Source of the DNA: Parachlamydiales bacterium
GTDB taxonomy: Bacteria; Chlamydiota; Chlamydiia; Chlamydiales; SM23-39
Direction of reading: 5' to 3'
Length of the DNA stretch: 64,000 bases
Assembly (NCBI GenBank): GCA_050302075.1
Contig: JBNLAH010000001.1
Coordinates: 196,157-260,156, forward strand
Shown here: piece after piece, positions 10,978-21,909 of the stretch
Numbering within the stretch: the first letter of the stretch is position 1
Layout of the letters: each line of letters starts with the position of its first letter
Notes under the pieces: model-generated
Told to the model about the DNA's origin: nothing
Seen by the model: the letters and a program-made list of their open reading frames with translations, nothing else
The model's database searches: none
Position numbers and translations under genes: made by a program

Positions 10978-12097
10978 ATGGATTTTTGTTTTATTTCTAG
11001 TATCAGTTTTACTGTTAGCATATTTTTTTCACAAAAAGATTAAATCTTTGTCATACGAAATTTTGGAGCGTAATCAAAATAATATCATGCGCTTCACAGA
11101 AAGCATTCTAAACCAGCAATACTTAAGAGCAAAAGAGGACTTAGAACATAGGCAGAAATCTATTGAGGAATTAGTATCTCCGATCAAGCAAGTAATAGAA
11201 AAATTATCAGACAAGACTCATGACATAGAAAAGAAAAGAGAGGTAGCATATGTTAGTATTCATCAACAAATTCAACATCTAATAGAGTCTGAAAAGGAAC
11301 TAAAAAAACAGACATATAATTTAAATACAGCTCTTAAATCACCAAACATCAGAGGATCTTGGGGACAAGTTCACTTAAAAAGGGTAGTGGAACTTGCAGG
11401 TCTTTTAGAGCACTGCGATTTTTACGAGCAAAAAACAGTTGAAAAAGATGGTAAAGTTTATCGTCCTGATCTACTTGTTAGAATGCCGAGTGAAAAATAT
11501 ATTGTGATTGATTCAAAAGCTCCAATGGACTCGTATTTTAGCGCTATTGAAGAGAGTGATCCTGACAAAAAAGAAAAATACTTAAAAGATCATGCAAAAC
11601 AGCTTAGAAGGCATGTTAAAATGCTTTCATCAAAAGAATATCATAGGCAATTTTCATTGACGCCGGAGTATGTCATCCTTTTCTTGCCAGCTGAATCATT
11701 TTTTAGTGCAGCAGTTAAATCTGATCCAAAGCTAATTGAAATTAGCGCAGAGGACAATATTGTAATAGCAACCCCGACAACTCTTATTGCAATATTAAGA
11801 GTTGTAGCCCAAGTTTGGAAAGAAGATAAAGTTACTGAAAATACAATTGAGATTGCAAAACTTGGATCTGAGCTATATGAAAGAATAAATACCCTAGCTG
11901 AACATTGGGCAAAGCTTGGTAAAAGCATCAACCTGGCGGTTGATTCTTATAACTCGGCTACTTCATCGCTCAAAACTAGGCTTATTCCAACAGCTAGAAA
12001 ACTCAAAGACCAAGGCGTAAGCTCTTTGAAAGACATTAGCCTAGAAAATGTAATTGAAAAAAAGGCCAAAGACGAGGCTATTTGGCCGAACGAATAA
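10961..12097 (+). CDS. rmuC: DNA recombination protein RmuC
   Basis: RGSWG..LKRVVELAG, RPD..V.MP, IDSKAP, LFLPAES, ATPTTLIA.L; N-terminal TM. Confidence 0.92.
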   Translation: MNLTYEWIFVLFLVSVLLLAYFFHKKIKSLSYEILERNQNNIMRFTESILNQQYLRAKEDLEHRQKSIEELVSPIKQVIEKLSDKTHDIEKKREVAYVSIHQQIQHLIESEKELKKQTYNLNTALKSPNIRGSWGQVHLKRVVELAGLLEHCDFYEQKTVEKDGKVYRPDLLVRMPSEKYIVIDSKAPMDSYFSAIEESDPDKKEKYLKDHAKQLRRHVKMLSSKEYHRQFSLTPEYVILFLPAESFFSAAVKSDPKLIEISAEDNIVIATPTTLIAILRVVAQVWKEDKVTENTIEIAKLGSELYERINTLAEHWAKLGKSINLAVDSYNSATSSLKTRLIPTARKLKDQGVSSLKDISLENVIEKKAKDEAIWPNE

Positions 12098-12118
12098 GAT
12101 CGTTCGGCGTTTTGATTT

Positions 12119-13258
12119 TTACCTAAGATCTAAAACAAAATATGCTGGATAAGCAAAGTTATTATTAGATCTTGGAATGGCAAGGATTTTTACTTCTTTA
12201 CCACTATATTTGCTTAAATCAATTTTTGTGCTGTAAAGAAAGGCAAAAGGAATGTTGCTCTTATCTTTTAATAAAAAGTCTCCTGGCCTGTTTTGAATGT
12301 CATTACTATAAGGAGTTAAAATCCCTGTAATTGTCGTTGCATTGGCTCTTTGCTCTTTGTAAAAGTCATCAACAGTTTTATCACTATGAAAGGTCAGCCA
12401 ATTTTCAAATAGTGAATTTTCTATAGCATTCCAAAACTGAATAGCGCCTTTTAGCTTTAACTTAGCTATAGGTTTTTTTACTATAGGAGCTAGTTCTTCG
12501 ACTTTAACCTTTGGAAAAAGAGAATCATCTTTTATTTGATCTTCTTTTAGAGACTTCTCTTCCATGTAAGCTAACTTTTTCTCGAGGTAATTTTCTTTGA
12601 ATTTTACAAGCAGCTTTTTAGCTTCATTAGCTTTACTTGGAAAATCAGAGTATTCTTTAATGATTTTCTCCAGCAGGCTTATAACGCTTTTTGGAGACAT
12701 GGAGTCAAATGGCATTTTAGACTCTTCTTGATATACTGTATAGGCTTGATCTAGTAAACCAGTGACTTGTTGTTTTCTCTTGATCATATTGTTAAAGTAA
12801 TCGGGAGAACCAGCGTAAGAGACAAATTCTTTTGAAATGTAAAATTTTGTATTCTTAGGTGGCTTGATTTCTAGCCATTTTCGATTTTCATTGCAGACCT
12901 CTCCAACAATCTTTGTGCCAGACTCTAATTGTCCTATCACAGGAGCTTCAATACTAGGAGCAAGTCGTATGTTAACTCTGTTTGCTTCAACTGTGTTTTC
13001 TAAGACATAACTTCTAAAGATATAAGCTTTAACTTCATCTGGCGGCTGTATTGCCCAAAAAGCATCTTCATCACCGATGACTAAAATCAAGTCATCTTTG
13101 TTCTGTTGCATTATTATTTTGCCGTCCAAATCTGCTTTTGCTCTAACGCGAACCTTGTTTCCTACTACTCTTCCAGTAAATTTCTGAAAAGAGCTTTTAG
13201 GCTTGGCAAAAGCTGTGGAAAATATTAAAAGTAATCCACATAAAAAATATTTACCCAT
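12119..13258 (-). CDS. Exported bacterial SH3-domain protein (chlamydial CT017-like)
   Basis: Signal peptide; two SH3b-like repeats (KVRVRA, RVNIRLAP); C-terminal NNFAYPAYFVL. Confidence 0.75.
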   Translation of the reverse strand: MGKYFLCGLLLIFSTAFAKPKSSFQKFTGRVVGNKVRVRAKADLDGKIIMQQNKDDLILVIGDEDAFWAIQPPDEVKAYIFRSYVLENTVEANRVNIRLAPSIEAPVIGQLESGTKIVGEVCNENRKWLEIKPPKNTKFYISKEFVSYAGSPDYFNNMIKRKQQVTGLLDQAYTVYQEESKMPFDSMSPKSVISLLEKIIKEYSDFPSKANEAKKLLVKFKENYLEKKLAYMEEKSLKEDQIKDDSLFPKVKVEELAPIVKKPIAKLKLKGAIQFWNAIENSLFENWLTFHSDKTVDDFYKEQRANATTITGILTPYSNDIQNRPGDFLLKDKSNIPFAFLYSTKIDLSKYSGKEVKILAIPRSNNNFAYPAYFVLDLR

Positions 13259-13335
13259 CTTTTTTTTTAACTCCTTTCTATCTCTTTATTAAAATACTAG
13301 ATAGAATGAAGTTAAACGCCAAGTATTTTTAATTT

Positions 13336-14028
13336 TTAACTTCGTAATACTGCTTTAATGTGGTCACAATTTTTCTTTCCACAAGTGCAGCCTATAGGGT
13401 CTCCTAAAAAAACGCTATAACATTCTTTTGGGTCTAAAGGATTGTGCACATTAAATAATAATTTATCGCCAGTTTCTTTGACTTCCCATTCATCCTTGAA
13501 TGTAAGTTCTTCATCTTTTACTTCTTCATCAAAATTTTCTTCAATAGCGCCTGTTGAAACCTGCAAAGCTTTTGCGATTTGACAATGCAAGCAATTGCAA
13601 TGAGGCTCTGGTTTGGGTAAATGTTCTGAATCGCTAATCCCTAAAATCTTTACAATGTTTGCTATTTTGGAAATTATTTCAGATGGTAAGGAAGGGGAGT
13701 TAGCTTGACTTGGATTATGTTGCATAGCAGATCCAATAGAATCAAACTGATCTATTCCAAATTTAAAAGGAATTCCTAAAGACATCATATTATTGTCTTT
13801 TATATTTGGAACATTTTCCATCTCTTCTTCTACAAATTTTGCATGATATGCAAAAATTTTATCGATCGTTTTCTGATCTAAGTTAGGAACTTCAATTTTT
13901 GAGCCATTGTTTAACAAAACTACTAACACAAAACGATCGTGCTTTTCTTCTAAATGAAAAGAAGAAATATTTTTCCAAGATGTTGAAATATATGGTGGTA
14001 TGCTTAAAACTTTACGATTTACGATCAT
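13336..14028 (-). CDS. Conserved chlamydial protein (CT016-like) with Cys/His zinc motifs
   Basis: LSIPPYISTSW start, PHCNCLHCQ, and C-terminal SWIM-like CTCGKKNCDH. Confidence 0.75.
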   Translation of the reverse strand: MIVNRKVLSIPPYISTSWKNISSFHLEEKHDRFVLVVLLNNGSKIEVPNLDQKTIDKIFAYHAKFVEEEMENVPNIKDNNMMSLGIPFKFGIDQFDSIGSAMQHNPSQANSPSLPSEIISKIANIVKILGISDSEHLPKPEPHCNCLHCQIAKALQVSTGAIEENFDEEVKDEELTFKDEWEVKETGDKLLFNVHNPLDPKECYSVFLGDPIGCTCGKKNCDHIKAVLRS

Positions 14029-14058
14029 AGATAAGGTCCTAATTTATAATCCGTTATT

Positions 14059-14088
14059 ATTATACCAAATACAGATAGGGATAGTCAA
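14059..14088 (-). promoter_or_regulatory. Sigma66/70-type promoter for 13336-14028
   Basis: TTGACT-N18-TATAAT on the minus strand. Confidence 0.55.
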
Positions 14089-14333
14089 TTGATTTTAGCA
14101 GTCCACGTCCCTGTCTGCTGGTTTTTTACGTAAGCTCTTGTAAAGAAATAATTTAAAGTATTCCTTTTAAATACGATATTGAGTCGTTTCGTTGAATTTT
14201 TTATCTAATTTAATCTTTTTTTTGAATTAAAAAAAAGTGTCTACGCTAAAAAAACCAAATTAGCTATTGTCCGGTTTTAGGGGGCTTTATAACGTCTCCA
14301 TTAAAATTGAAATATTAACAAGGTGAGGAAGTT

Positions 14334-15641
14334 GTGAGTAGGAAAACCTTTGTTCTAGATACCAATGTCTTATTGCATGATCCAAAGTCATTTTTAAAAT
14401 TTAAAGAAAATGATGTTGTTATTCCGTTGATAGTATTAGAAGAGTTAGACAATTACAAGAAAAACCATAATGAACTAGGTCAAAATGCTAGAGAGGTGAT
14501 CAGGTATATAGACTCATTTAGAGAGCAGGAGAAAAAGCTTCAAGAAGGTGTCACTTTAGATCAGGGGCCTAAACTTAGAGTTCCAATTACATCAATTAGC
14601 TCTAGAAATAACAAATTTCCACTTCCATTAGATAGGAACTCCAATCGAATATTATTTTTAGCATATCAATTGCATCAAAATGGAGAGAAAGTTGTTTTTA
14701 TTTCAAAGGATTTTGTTACTCGGGTAAAGGCTGAAGCTATGAATCTTGACGCGCAAGATTTTATGGGGCTTCAAGTTGCATATGAGGACATGCATCAGGG
14801 AATACGTAAACTAGAGGTTCAAAAGCAAGAGATAGATCTTTTTTATAAAGATGGACATCTATCCCCAATGGGGAGCTTTTTTGCAAATGAGTACTGCGTG
14901 CTCACTTCTCCAGAAAATTCTTCAGCAGTTTGTAAATATAATCAAAAACTTGCAAAGCTAGAACCTTTAATCCACATTAAAAAAGATATCTGGGGTATAC
15001 AGCCGCTGAATGTTGAGCAAAAATGCGCCCTGGATCTTTTAATAAGGGAGGACATTCCTTTGGTTTCTTTAATCGGTCCTGCCGGAACTGGTAAAACATT
15101 GATGGCCTTGGCTTGTGGTATGAAGAAAGTCTTTGATGAGAATCTTTATTCAAAAATAATTGTATCAAGGCCTATTGTTCCCTTAGGTAAGGACATTGGA
15201 TACTTACCGGGAACAAAAGAAGAAAAGCTCTATCATTGGATGCAGCCTATATACGATAATTTGGAAGTCTTATGCAATAATATCAATGGGGAGTCGAATG
15301 CAAGGTCTACAATGGAATGGATAATGGAAAGCGGTAAAATTGAAATGGAAGCTGTTACATTTATTCGTGGTAGAACTTTGCCAAAGACCTATATGATTAT
15401 TGATGAGGCTCAAAATTTGACACCTCATGAAATTAAAACTATTATTTCTAGAGCGGGTAAAAAAACAAAAGTAATATTAACTGGCGACCCAACTCAAATT
15501 GATAATCCGTATTTAGATAAAGATTCAAATGGATTAACTTATACAATTGGAAAGTTTAAAGACCAAAGATTATTTGGCTGTATATTCCTAGATAAAACAG
15601 AAAGGTCGGAGCTAGCAGCTCTAGCGGCAGATATTATGTAA
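14334..15641 (+). CDS. phoH: PIN-PhoH family ATPase (PhoH2)
   Basis: VLDTNVLLHDP PIN domain, GPAGTGKT, GYLPG, IRGRT, DEAQN and GDPTQID. Confidence 0.92.
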   Translation: MSRKTFVLDTNVLLHDPKSFLKFKENDVVIPLIVLEELDNYKKNHNELGQNAREVIRYIDSFREQEKKLQEGVTLDQGPKLRVPITSISSRNNKFPLPLDRNSNRILFLAYQLHQNGEKVVFISKDFVTRVKAEAMNLDAQDFMGLQVAYEDMHQGIRKLEVQKQEIDLFYKDGHLSPMGSFFANEYCVLTSPENSSAVCKYNQKLAKLEPLIHIKKDIWGIQPLNVEQKCALDLLIREDIPLVSLIGPAGTGKTLMALACGMKKVFDENLYSKIIVSRPIVPLGKDIGYLPGTKEEKLYHWMQPIYDNLEVLCNNINGESNARSTMEWIMESGKIEMEAVTFIRGRTLPKTYMIIDEAQNLTPHEIKTIISRAGKKTKVILTGDPTQIDNPYLDKDSNGLTYTIGKFKDQRLFGCIFLDKTERSELAALAADIM

Positions 15642-15717
15642 AATTAAATTCAATATAGATGGCAAATATAAAGTCACGCTATAATGTCACCCCAATAAAT
15701 CTAAAAAGGTGTAATTT

Positions 15718-16104
15718 ATGGCAAATGCGAAACTTAAACTATCGCTTTTTATATTGAGAGTTTCAATTTTTATAGTTATGTTGGTGTGGACAGTAAGTTC
15801 ATTTTTAAATCCTCACTCTAATACTATTTTTAATAATTTGTTTGATCTATCTTACTCTACAGTTTATGTTGTAAGCACAATTGAATTTATTTTAATAGGT
15901 GGTTTTTTATTAGGTCTTTTTAAAACTACAACTTACGGTGCTGTTTTATTAATCCAGGCAATTTCGGTGTTTTCAGTTATTGATAAGTTTTTCAAGCCAT
16001 TTGCAGGGAGTAATTTGCTGTTTTTTGCTTCACTTCCAATGTTAGCTGCTTGCTTTATGTTATTTTTTCTAAGAAAAAAAGATACTTTTTTTTCTTTGCA
16101 GTAG
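15718..16104 (+). CDS. DoxX-like membrane protein
   Basis: Four TM segments; LRVSIFIVMLVW and NLLFFASLPML. Confidence 0.6.
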   Translation: MANAKLKLSLFILRVSIFIVMLVWTVSSFLNPHSNTIFNNLFDLSYSTVYVVSTIEFILIGGFLLGLFKTTTYGAVLLIQAISVFSVIDKFFKPFAGSNLLFFASLPMLAACFMLFFLRKKDTFFSLQ

Positions 16105-16107
16105 TAT

Positions 16108-16479
16108 CTATTTGAGACTCTGCTCTTTAAAAAGATACTTCCAAGGTATAGATAGGAGAATTAAGCAAGACCAAATAACGAGAGCGGAGATCAACATTAA
16201 AGGGATTGTATTTTCTAAAAATATAAAATTTACAACAACCCAAGTTATCTGGTAGAAAAACTGGAATATTAGTATCGGGGAAAACTTTAATGGGTAGACG
16301 GTTCCAATGAAGGAAGTTGTTGCAATTGCAATCCATGAGCTACCTATTAATTGCATAACAGGGCTTGGCGGAAATACTTTTTGGTAAGCAACGATTGAGG
16401 CTAACTCAGCATTGAAAATGCTTATAAATCCCAAGAATCCAGCCACAAAAATATTAATCAAATAGATTAACTTCAGCAT
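16108..16479 (-). CDS. Four-TM hypothetical membrane protein
   Basis: Hydrophobic 123 aa ORF with PLKFSPILIFQ. Confidence 0.65.
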   Translation of the reverse strand: MLKLIYLINIFVAGFLGFISIFNAELASIVAYQKVFPPSPVMQLIGSSWIAIATTSFIGTVYPLKFSPILIFQFFYQITWVVVNFIFLENTIPLMLISALVIWSCLILLSIPWKYLFKEQSLK

Positions 16480-16547
16480 TTTATCTTTTTTAAGAAGAAA
16501 ATAAACTTAGCGAAGTATTTGCATCAAGTTAAAAAATAAGCCTAAGG

Positions 16548-17036
16548 CTAATTAATAAAAATTTGATCTCCTTCAATTAAGATATTTATATAGCGATTAT
16601 ATCTATCAACATAAAATCTATAATCATATCTCTCTACATTCCCATCAGGGGATTCAACCGTCCACTCAACTACATGATATCCAGGAGTTAATCTAAATGA
16701 ATAATATCCTCTATTTCCACTTGATGTAGGAGGCTTTAAGTTGATTCGATATCCATCAATAAAAGCATCTATTATTTTTTCACCTGCAGAGGCGTTTTCT
16801 CTTATGTTAATTGATACTCTATTGTAGTAATAGTCATAGCCTCTATAGTAATATCTTCTAGGATATCTTGGGCCTATATAAAACCTGAACCTCACCCCGC
16901 TTCTTCCATCTCGATGCCCACGATGCCCTGAGCGCCTGGCTATTTTCGTTTTATCCTTTTTAATATGCTTTTCAGTAAAACCTAAAAGTGGTGAAAAGAA
17001 AATAATGGATAACAGTAGGCACTTTACAATTTTCAT
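16548..17036 (-). CDS. Exported hypothetical protein, Arg/Tyr-rich linker and PEGA/Ig-like C-terminus
   Basis: Signal peptide; FIDG...LTPGYHVVEW. Confidence 0.6.
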   Translation of the reverse strand: MKIVKCLLLSIIFFSPLLGFTEKHIKKDKTKIARRSGHRGHRDGRSGVRFRFYIGPRYPRRYYYRGYDYYYNRVSINIRENASAGEKIIDAFIDGYRINLKPPTSSGNRGYYSFRLTPGYHVVEWTVESPDGNVERYDYRFYVDRYNRYINILIEGDQIFIN

Positions 17037-17225
17037 GGTTTATATTCCCTTTATTCCTATTAATTCTATTAATAAACAAATTTTAATTAAAAATAAACAA
17101 TTTAATTAAATTGTAATTATAATTTGTTTATTTTGTTTGATTTAAAAATAAAAAATGAATAGATGGTTAATTATTTATTAACCTGTGAAATTGTAGTGTT
17201 ATTGACATTGGGAAATAAATTTAAA

Positions 17226-17257
17226 AGAAACTCCTCACTTTATAGTGAGGAGTTTCT
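17226..17257. terminator. Intrinsic terminator downstream of the DEAD-box gene
   Basis: Perfect 14 bp stem AGAAACTCCTCACT / AGTGAGGAGTTTCT. Confidence 0.8.
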
Positions 17258-17331
17258 AATAGCGATCTTTAATCAACAAAAAATGAGGTTAAACATATTG
17301 CTTAATCTCAAAAATTTAAAAGATAAAAAAA

Positions 17332-18714
17332 TTATCTTTTACGAAAAAAAGTCCTTTTTCGGTTTCTAGGACTCCTTTTCCGTTTAACTGAGTTTGAATC
17401 GAGCATGCTCTCATCAAACTCAAAATGACTTTGTTTTTGTAGGTGCTTTGAGATAAGGCATTTTGCAATATCCTCTAAGCTATATTCTTTTTTTAATGCT
17501 AAAAGAAGGTTCTCAGTATCTTCATGTAGTGGTTCTAGCTTAAGTTGATCTGCAAAACGTTTTTCTAAAACAGACCTCAGCTCAGATTTGGTTGGGAGGT
17601 TTGTGAAATTAATCTCTGAAACCCTTTTTAGTAAGATTTTTTTCACAAGGTATTTTTGATTTATAGCAATAAGTGTAATTGCAGTACCTTTATTGCCCAT
17701 TCTACCCGTTCTGCCAACTCGATGTGTAAAACTGTCTGATGAATAGGGTAGATCGTAATTAAAGACATAAGAGACGTCAGAGACATCAATTCCTCTGGCG
17801 GCCACATCCGTCGCAACTAATATCTTATCTGATGATGTTCTAAATTTATTGATAGAATTTTGTCTTTCTTTTTGAGACATATCGCCTTGTAGACTTACGA
17901 TCGGGAAACCTAAAGTTATTAAGTCTGAAGATAGTTCTTCTACTTCCTTTTTGGTATTACAAAAAATAACAGCTTTCTGAGGTAAGTGATATTGGAGGGT
18001 GTGTATAAGAGCGTGTTTTCTTTTTTTGTTTGGAACTAGGTAATAGATTTGATGAATATCTTTATGCTCTTTTTCTTCATTTGATAGATCTATCACTAGG
18101 GGATCTTTTAAAAACTTTTTCGAGATTTTTTGAATTCTAGAAGATAGCGTTGCTGAAAACAGCAGTGTTTGTCTTTTCTTGGGAAGGAAAGAAAATATGG
18201 CTTGAATATCTTCAAAAAATCCCATATTTAGCATTTCATCACCTTCATCTAAAACCACAATTGAGGGAGAGAAGTCATTTAAATGGTTAGATCTAAATAA
18301 ATCTAAAAGCCTACCTGGAGTTCCAACTATTATTCGATTATCTTTTTTGAGTTGCTTCAACTGCTTTCCCATAGGCTCTCCGCCATATATGGCTGTCGGA
18401 TTGACGTTTAGATATTTGCTAAACTTTTTCATTTCTTCACAAACTTGTAACGCGAGCTCTCTTGTAGGTGTTAGGATGAGTATTTGTGCATCCGGTGATT
18501 TAGAGATTAAATTTAATGAAGGAAGTCCAAAAGCGGCTGTTTTTCCTGACCCCGTTTGTGCTTTTGCGGTTATGTCCTTTCCTTCTAAGATGTTTGGTAT
18601 AGCGGAGCTTTGTATTGGGGTTGGTTTAAGATAGCCAACCTCTTGTACGGCCTTTAAAAGTTCTGGGTTCAGTTTAAACGATTCAAAGGTCTTAATTTTA
18701 TCAAATGTTTTCAT
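17332..18714 (-). CDS. DEAD-box RNA helicase
   Basis: Q motif, AQTGSGKT, PTRELA, GTPGR, DEGD (motif II variant), SAT, ARGID and HRVGRTGR; ATG 18714 follows AGGAG. Confidence 0.92.
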   Translation of the reverse strand: MKTFDKIKTFESFKLNPELLKAVQEVGYLKPTPIQSSAIPNILEGKDITAKAQTGSGKTAAFGLPSLNLISKSPDAQILILTPTRELALQVCEEMKKFSKYLNVNPTAIYGGEPMGKQLKQLKKDNRIIVGTPGRLLDLFRSNHLNDFSPSIVVLDEGDEMLNMGFFEDIQAIFSFLPKKRQTLLFSATLSSRIQKISKKFLKDPLVIDLSNEEKEHKDIHQIYYLVPNKKRKHALIHTLQYHLPQKAVIFCNTKKEVEELSSDLITLGFPIVSLQGDMSQKERQNSINKFRTSSDKILVATDVAARGIDVSDVSYVFNYDLPYSSDSFTHRVGRTGRMGNKGTAITLIAINQKYLVKKILLKRVSEINFTNLPTKSELRSVLEKRFADQLKLEPLHEDTENLLLALKKEYSLEDIAKCLISKHLQKQSHFEFDESMLDSNSVKRKRSPRNRKRTFFRKR

Positions 18715-19010
18715 ATCTCTCCTAAAGAGCATTAAGTTGTCATTAAAAAAAGTGTAAATCACTAGATAAATAACTCTTTAAATTACTAAGAGAGCTAAAT
18801 AAAGACTTTACAACTATATAGTTTTTAAAACTAATTTCTGGGATTAAATGATAGTAAAAAAAGCTATATTATACTAGAAAATTGTTAAGGGATTCTAATT
18901 CAAATTTAAAATTGTTGAATTATTATTTTAAAGTTTAGAGAACAAATACTTGCACAATCTTCTCTTCATAAAATGACTAAAAGATCATGCATTTAATTTG
19001 AAGAGTAGAA

Positions 19011-19292
19011 TTAACGTCTTCGTGGTCCTCTGTTAGGACGCTCTTCTTGAGGTCTAGCCTCGTTTACAGTAAGCGCTCTACCGTTGACTTCAGATCCATT
19101 TAAAGCTTCAATTGCAGCTTGAGCTTCCTCTGAGCTTTCCATTTCAACAAAGCCAAAGCCTTTTGATCTACCAGTGTTTCTATCCATAATCACATTAGCT
19201 GAAAGTACAGTTCCATGTGACTCAAATAAATTTTGAAGATCATTACTGTTTAATTCGTAGGATAAATTTCCAACATATATTTTTTTAGTCAC
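19011..19292 (-). CDS. RRM (RNP-1) RNA-binding protein
   Basis: IYVGNL (RNP2), KGFGFVEM (RNP1) and VNEARP. Confidence 0.93.
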   Translation of the reverse strand: MTKKIYVGNLSYELNSNDLQNLFESHGTVLSANVIMDRNTGRSKGFGFVEMESSEEAQAAIEALNGSEVNGRALTVNEARPQEERPNRGPRRR

Positions 19293-19538
19293 TTTAATTC
19301 TCCTAAAATGCTATGCGCAAATAAAACATAGCTTTCTATTATTTGATTAGTTTGTTTATCTTGAACCGACATAAGAGGCGATTTCGATCTCCTTTCGCCA
19401 AGATTTCTAATTTCGTATTTAAATTATAAGCACGAAAAGAAGAACCTTATATTAATAATAAATTTGTATGCAACATAAATTACAATAATTTCTCAAAAAA
19501 GAGAAAAATACGGAGGAGATAAGTTCTAGCAAGTTAAA

Positions 19539-19919
19539 CTACCTACGGTACTTAGCTGTTTTTTTTGCAATTTTTTTTGGCTGTTTCACATATTGACGCC
19601 CAGATGCTGCTCCTTTTCTTTTGGCCAAGTTGGTTGCAGCTTTTTCTCCTGGTGTTAAAGCCTCGATTGCCTTTTTTGGTAAATAGCGACTTTTCTTGGG
19701 GGTGCCAGCATATTGCCAATCCTGGTCTGTCCACTTTTGTAAAGAGTTGTTTTTATCTTTTTGTCCAATATAGCCTCCACCTCTTTCTTTATAGACCTTG
19801 CTTGCGATCTGTGCTTTTCTAGCTGACCACTGTCCAGATTTTCCACCTTTAGAGGATGCTATCACTTCACTTTTAACTTTTTGCCACAATTTTGGGTTTG
19901 ACTTACGACTAATGCTCAT
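19539..19919 (-). CDS. Basic hypothetical protein, DUF5872-like
   Basis: SKGGKSGQWSARKAQ...YKERGGGY.G...WTDQDW...RYLPKKA; GGAGG RBS. Confidence 0.75.
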   Translation of the reverse strand: MSISRKSNPKLWQKVKSEVIASSKGGKSGQWSARKAQIASKVYKERGGGYIGQKDKNNSLQKWTDQDWQYAGTPKKSRYLPKKAIEALTPGEKAATNLAKRKGAASGRQYVKQPKKIAKKTAKYRR

Positions 19920-19999
19920 ATTTAAACCTCCTTCAATTTAAAATTATCACATTGTCAATTAATTAAAATTGAAATAATAATTAATTAAGGGGGGAGATT

Positions 20000-20368
20000 A
20001 TGAGAACTACAGGAATTGATATTTCTAAATTAAAGAAAATTGGTTCGAAATATTTATATAGAAATAAGTTGTGGACTCTAAATAAAGCTTATAGATCTAC
20101 AGCAAAAGGGAAAAAGATGATGGTTTTAGCCACTAAAATCAAAGGTGGTAAGAAATTTGCAAAATTAATACATTTTGGAGCTGCTGGATATGGCCATAAT
20201 TATAGCAGCGAAGCTAAAAGAAGATATTTGGCTCGCAGCAAAAATATCCGAAACAAAGAAGGAAAGCTCACTAAAGATGATCCTTGGAGTGCAAACTATT
20301 GGGCTAGAAAAGTTCTTTGGCCAGCTAATAAACCTGCCACAGGTCCTAAAGGAAAGAAGGCAGCTTAA
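20000..20368 (+). CDS. Basic hypothetical protein, DUF5754-like
   Basis: KKMMV...IHFGAAGY...RRYLARS...SANYWARKVLW; GGGGGAG RBS. Confidence 0.65.
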   Translation: MRTTGIDISKLKKIGSKYLYRNKLWTLNKAYRSTAKGKKMMVLATKIKGGKKFAKLIHFGAAGYGHNYSSEAKRRYLARSKNIRNKEGKLTKDDPWSANYWARKVLWPANKPATGPKGKKAA

Positions 20369-20373
20369 TAATA

Positions 20374-21771
20374 TTATTTATGCGGGTATGCCATTTTATA
20401 CGGGTCAACTAGTTTGTCAAATTCATCTTCCCTTAAGTAGGCGAGTTTCTGGTTAGCTTCTTTCAAAGAGATGTTTTTTTCATAAGCATAGTGCACAAGC
20501 TTTGAGGCCTTGTCATACCCAATAGTTGGGCTTAAAGATGTGACTAGCATTAAAGATTTATTAAGATATTCATCAATTTTAGACTTGTTTGGTTTTGTGT
20601 CTTTTAAAAGAAAGTCAGTAAAGTTATTACTGCTGTCAGATAAGAGCTTAGCAGACTGAATAATATTGAAAATCATCATTGGTTTATAAACATTCATTTC
20701 TAAGTGCCCACCTGCACCAGCTAGCGTTACAGCTACATCATAACCAATTACCTGAGCAGAAGCCATGGCCAATGCTTCGCATTGTGTTGGATTGACCTTG
20801 CCTGGCATTATGGATGATCCAGGCTCATTTGATGGAATCTCAAGTTCATGAATGCCCGCTCTTGGCCCACAGCTTAAAAAACGAATATCATTTGCAATTT
20901 TATATAAAGAGCAAGCACATGTTTTTAAAGCTCCACTTGCCATTACAAGAGCGTCATGAGACCCTTGAACTGCAAATTTATTTGGGGCACTCACAAAAGG
21001 CAGCTTAGTTATATTGCTGATTTTTTCAGCAGCCATCTCAGAAAACCCCTTTAAGGCATTTAGTCCGGTTCCAATAGCCGTTCCACCTATTGCTAATTTA
21101 TATACATCGTTTAAAGTCCATTTTAGTCTATTTAAGTTCTCATCTAATAATGTAGCGTATCCTGAAAACTCTTGCCCAAGTGTTAAAGGTACCGCGTCTT
21201 GTAAGTGCGTGCGACCGATTTTTACTATGTTGTCCCATTCAACTGATTTTTCGCCGAGAGCTTCATGCATTTTTTCTAATTTTGGGATTAAGGTATCGGT
21301 AAAAATTATCCCGAGTGCAATGCACATAGCTGTTGGAAATGTATCATTAGATGATTGAGACATATTGACATGGTCATTAGGGTGAATCGGGTCTTTGCTT
21401 CCAAGCTTTCCACCTGCTATTTCTATAGCTCTATTAGATATAACTTCATTTACATTCATATTGAACTGGGTACCGCTCCCAGTCATCCAAACATGTAAAG
21501 GAAAGTGGTTGTTAAGCTTTCCTTCTATAACCTCTTCTGCAGCTTTTACAATTAGATTTGCTTTGTCTTTTGGTAATTTCCCAAGTTCGCAGTTTGTTAA
21601 GGCAGCAGCCTTTTTTAAAATAGCCATTGCTTGGATCATTTCAGTTGGAATTAAATCAGTTCCAATGCTGAAAAATTTCAATGACCTTTGAGTTTGAGCT
21701 CCCCAATATTTGTCATTTGGAACTTTTATTTCTCCAATGCTGTCAACCTCATTGCGGACGTCTTTTCCCAT
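20374..21771 (-). CDS. fumC: Fumarate hydratase class II
   Basis: [26 protein letters not shown] and [11 protein letters not shown]. Confidence 0.96.
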   Translation of the reverse strand: MGKDVRNEVDSIGEIKVPNDKYWGAQTQRSLKFFSIGTDLIPTEMIQAMAILKKAAALTNCELGKLPKDKANLIVKAAEEVIEGKLNNHFPLHVWMTGSGTQFNMNVNEVISNRAIEIAGGKLGSKDPIHPNDHVNMSQSSNDTFPTAMCIALGIIFTDTLIPKLEKMHEALGEKSVEWDNIVKIGRTHLQDAVPLTLGQEFSGYATLLDENLNRLKWTLNDVYKLAIGGTAIGTGLNALKGFSEMAAEKISNITKLPFVSAPNKFAVQGSHDALVMASGALKTCACSLYKIANDIRFLSCGPRAGIHELEIPSNEPGSSIMPGKVNPTQCEALAMASAQVIGYDVAVTLAGAGGHLEMNVYKPMMIFNIIQSAKLLSDSSNNFTDFLLKDTKPNKSKIDEYLNKSLMLVTSLSPTIGYDKASKLVHYAYEKNISLKEANQKLAYLREDEFDKLVDPYKMAYPHK

Positions 21772-21909
21772 ATATCCTCTTTTTGAAGATCTTAGAAAAA
21801 AAATCTTTTTTTTGTAGGAAAAAATAGAATTTAAAAATATTTAGTTTTTAAATGTAGAATATTCAGAAATTTTCATTTGGTATAAGAAAAAGTGACTAGC
21901 TTAAATTTC

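Noticed and set aside
19539..20368. Prophage or provirus
   Set aside because: No structural, packaging, replication or integrase genes nearby.
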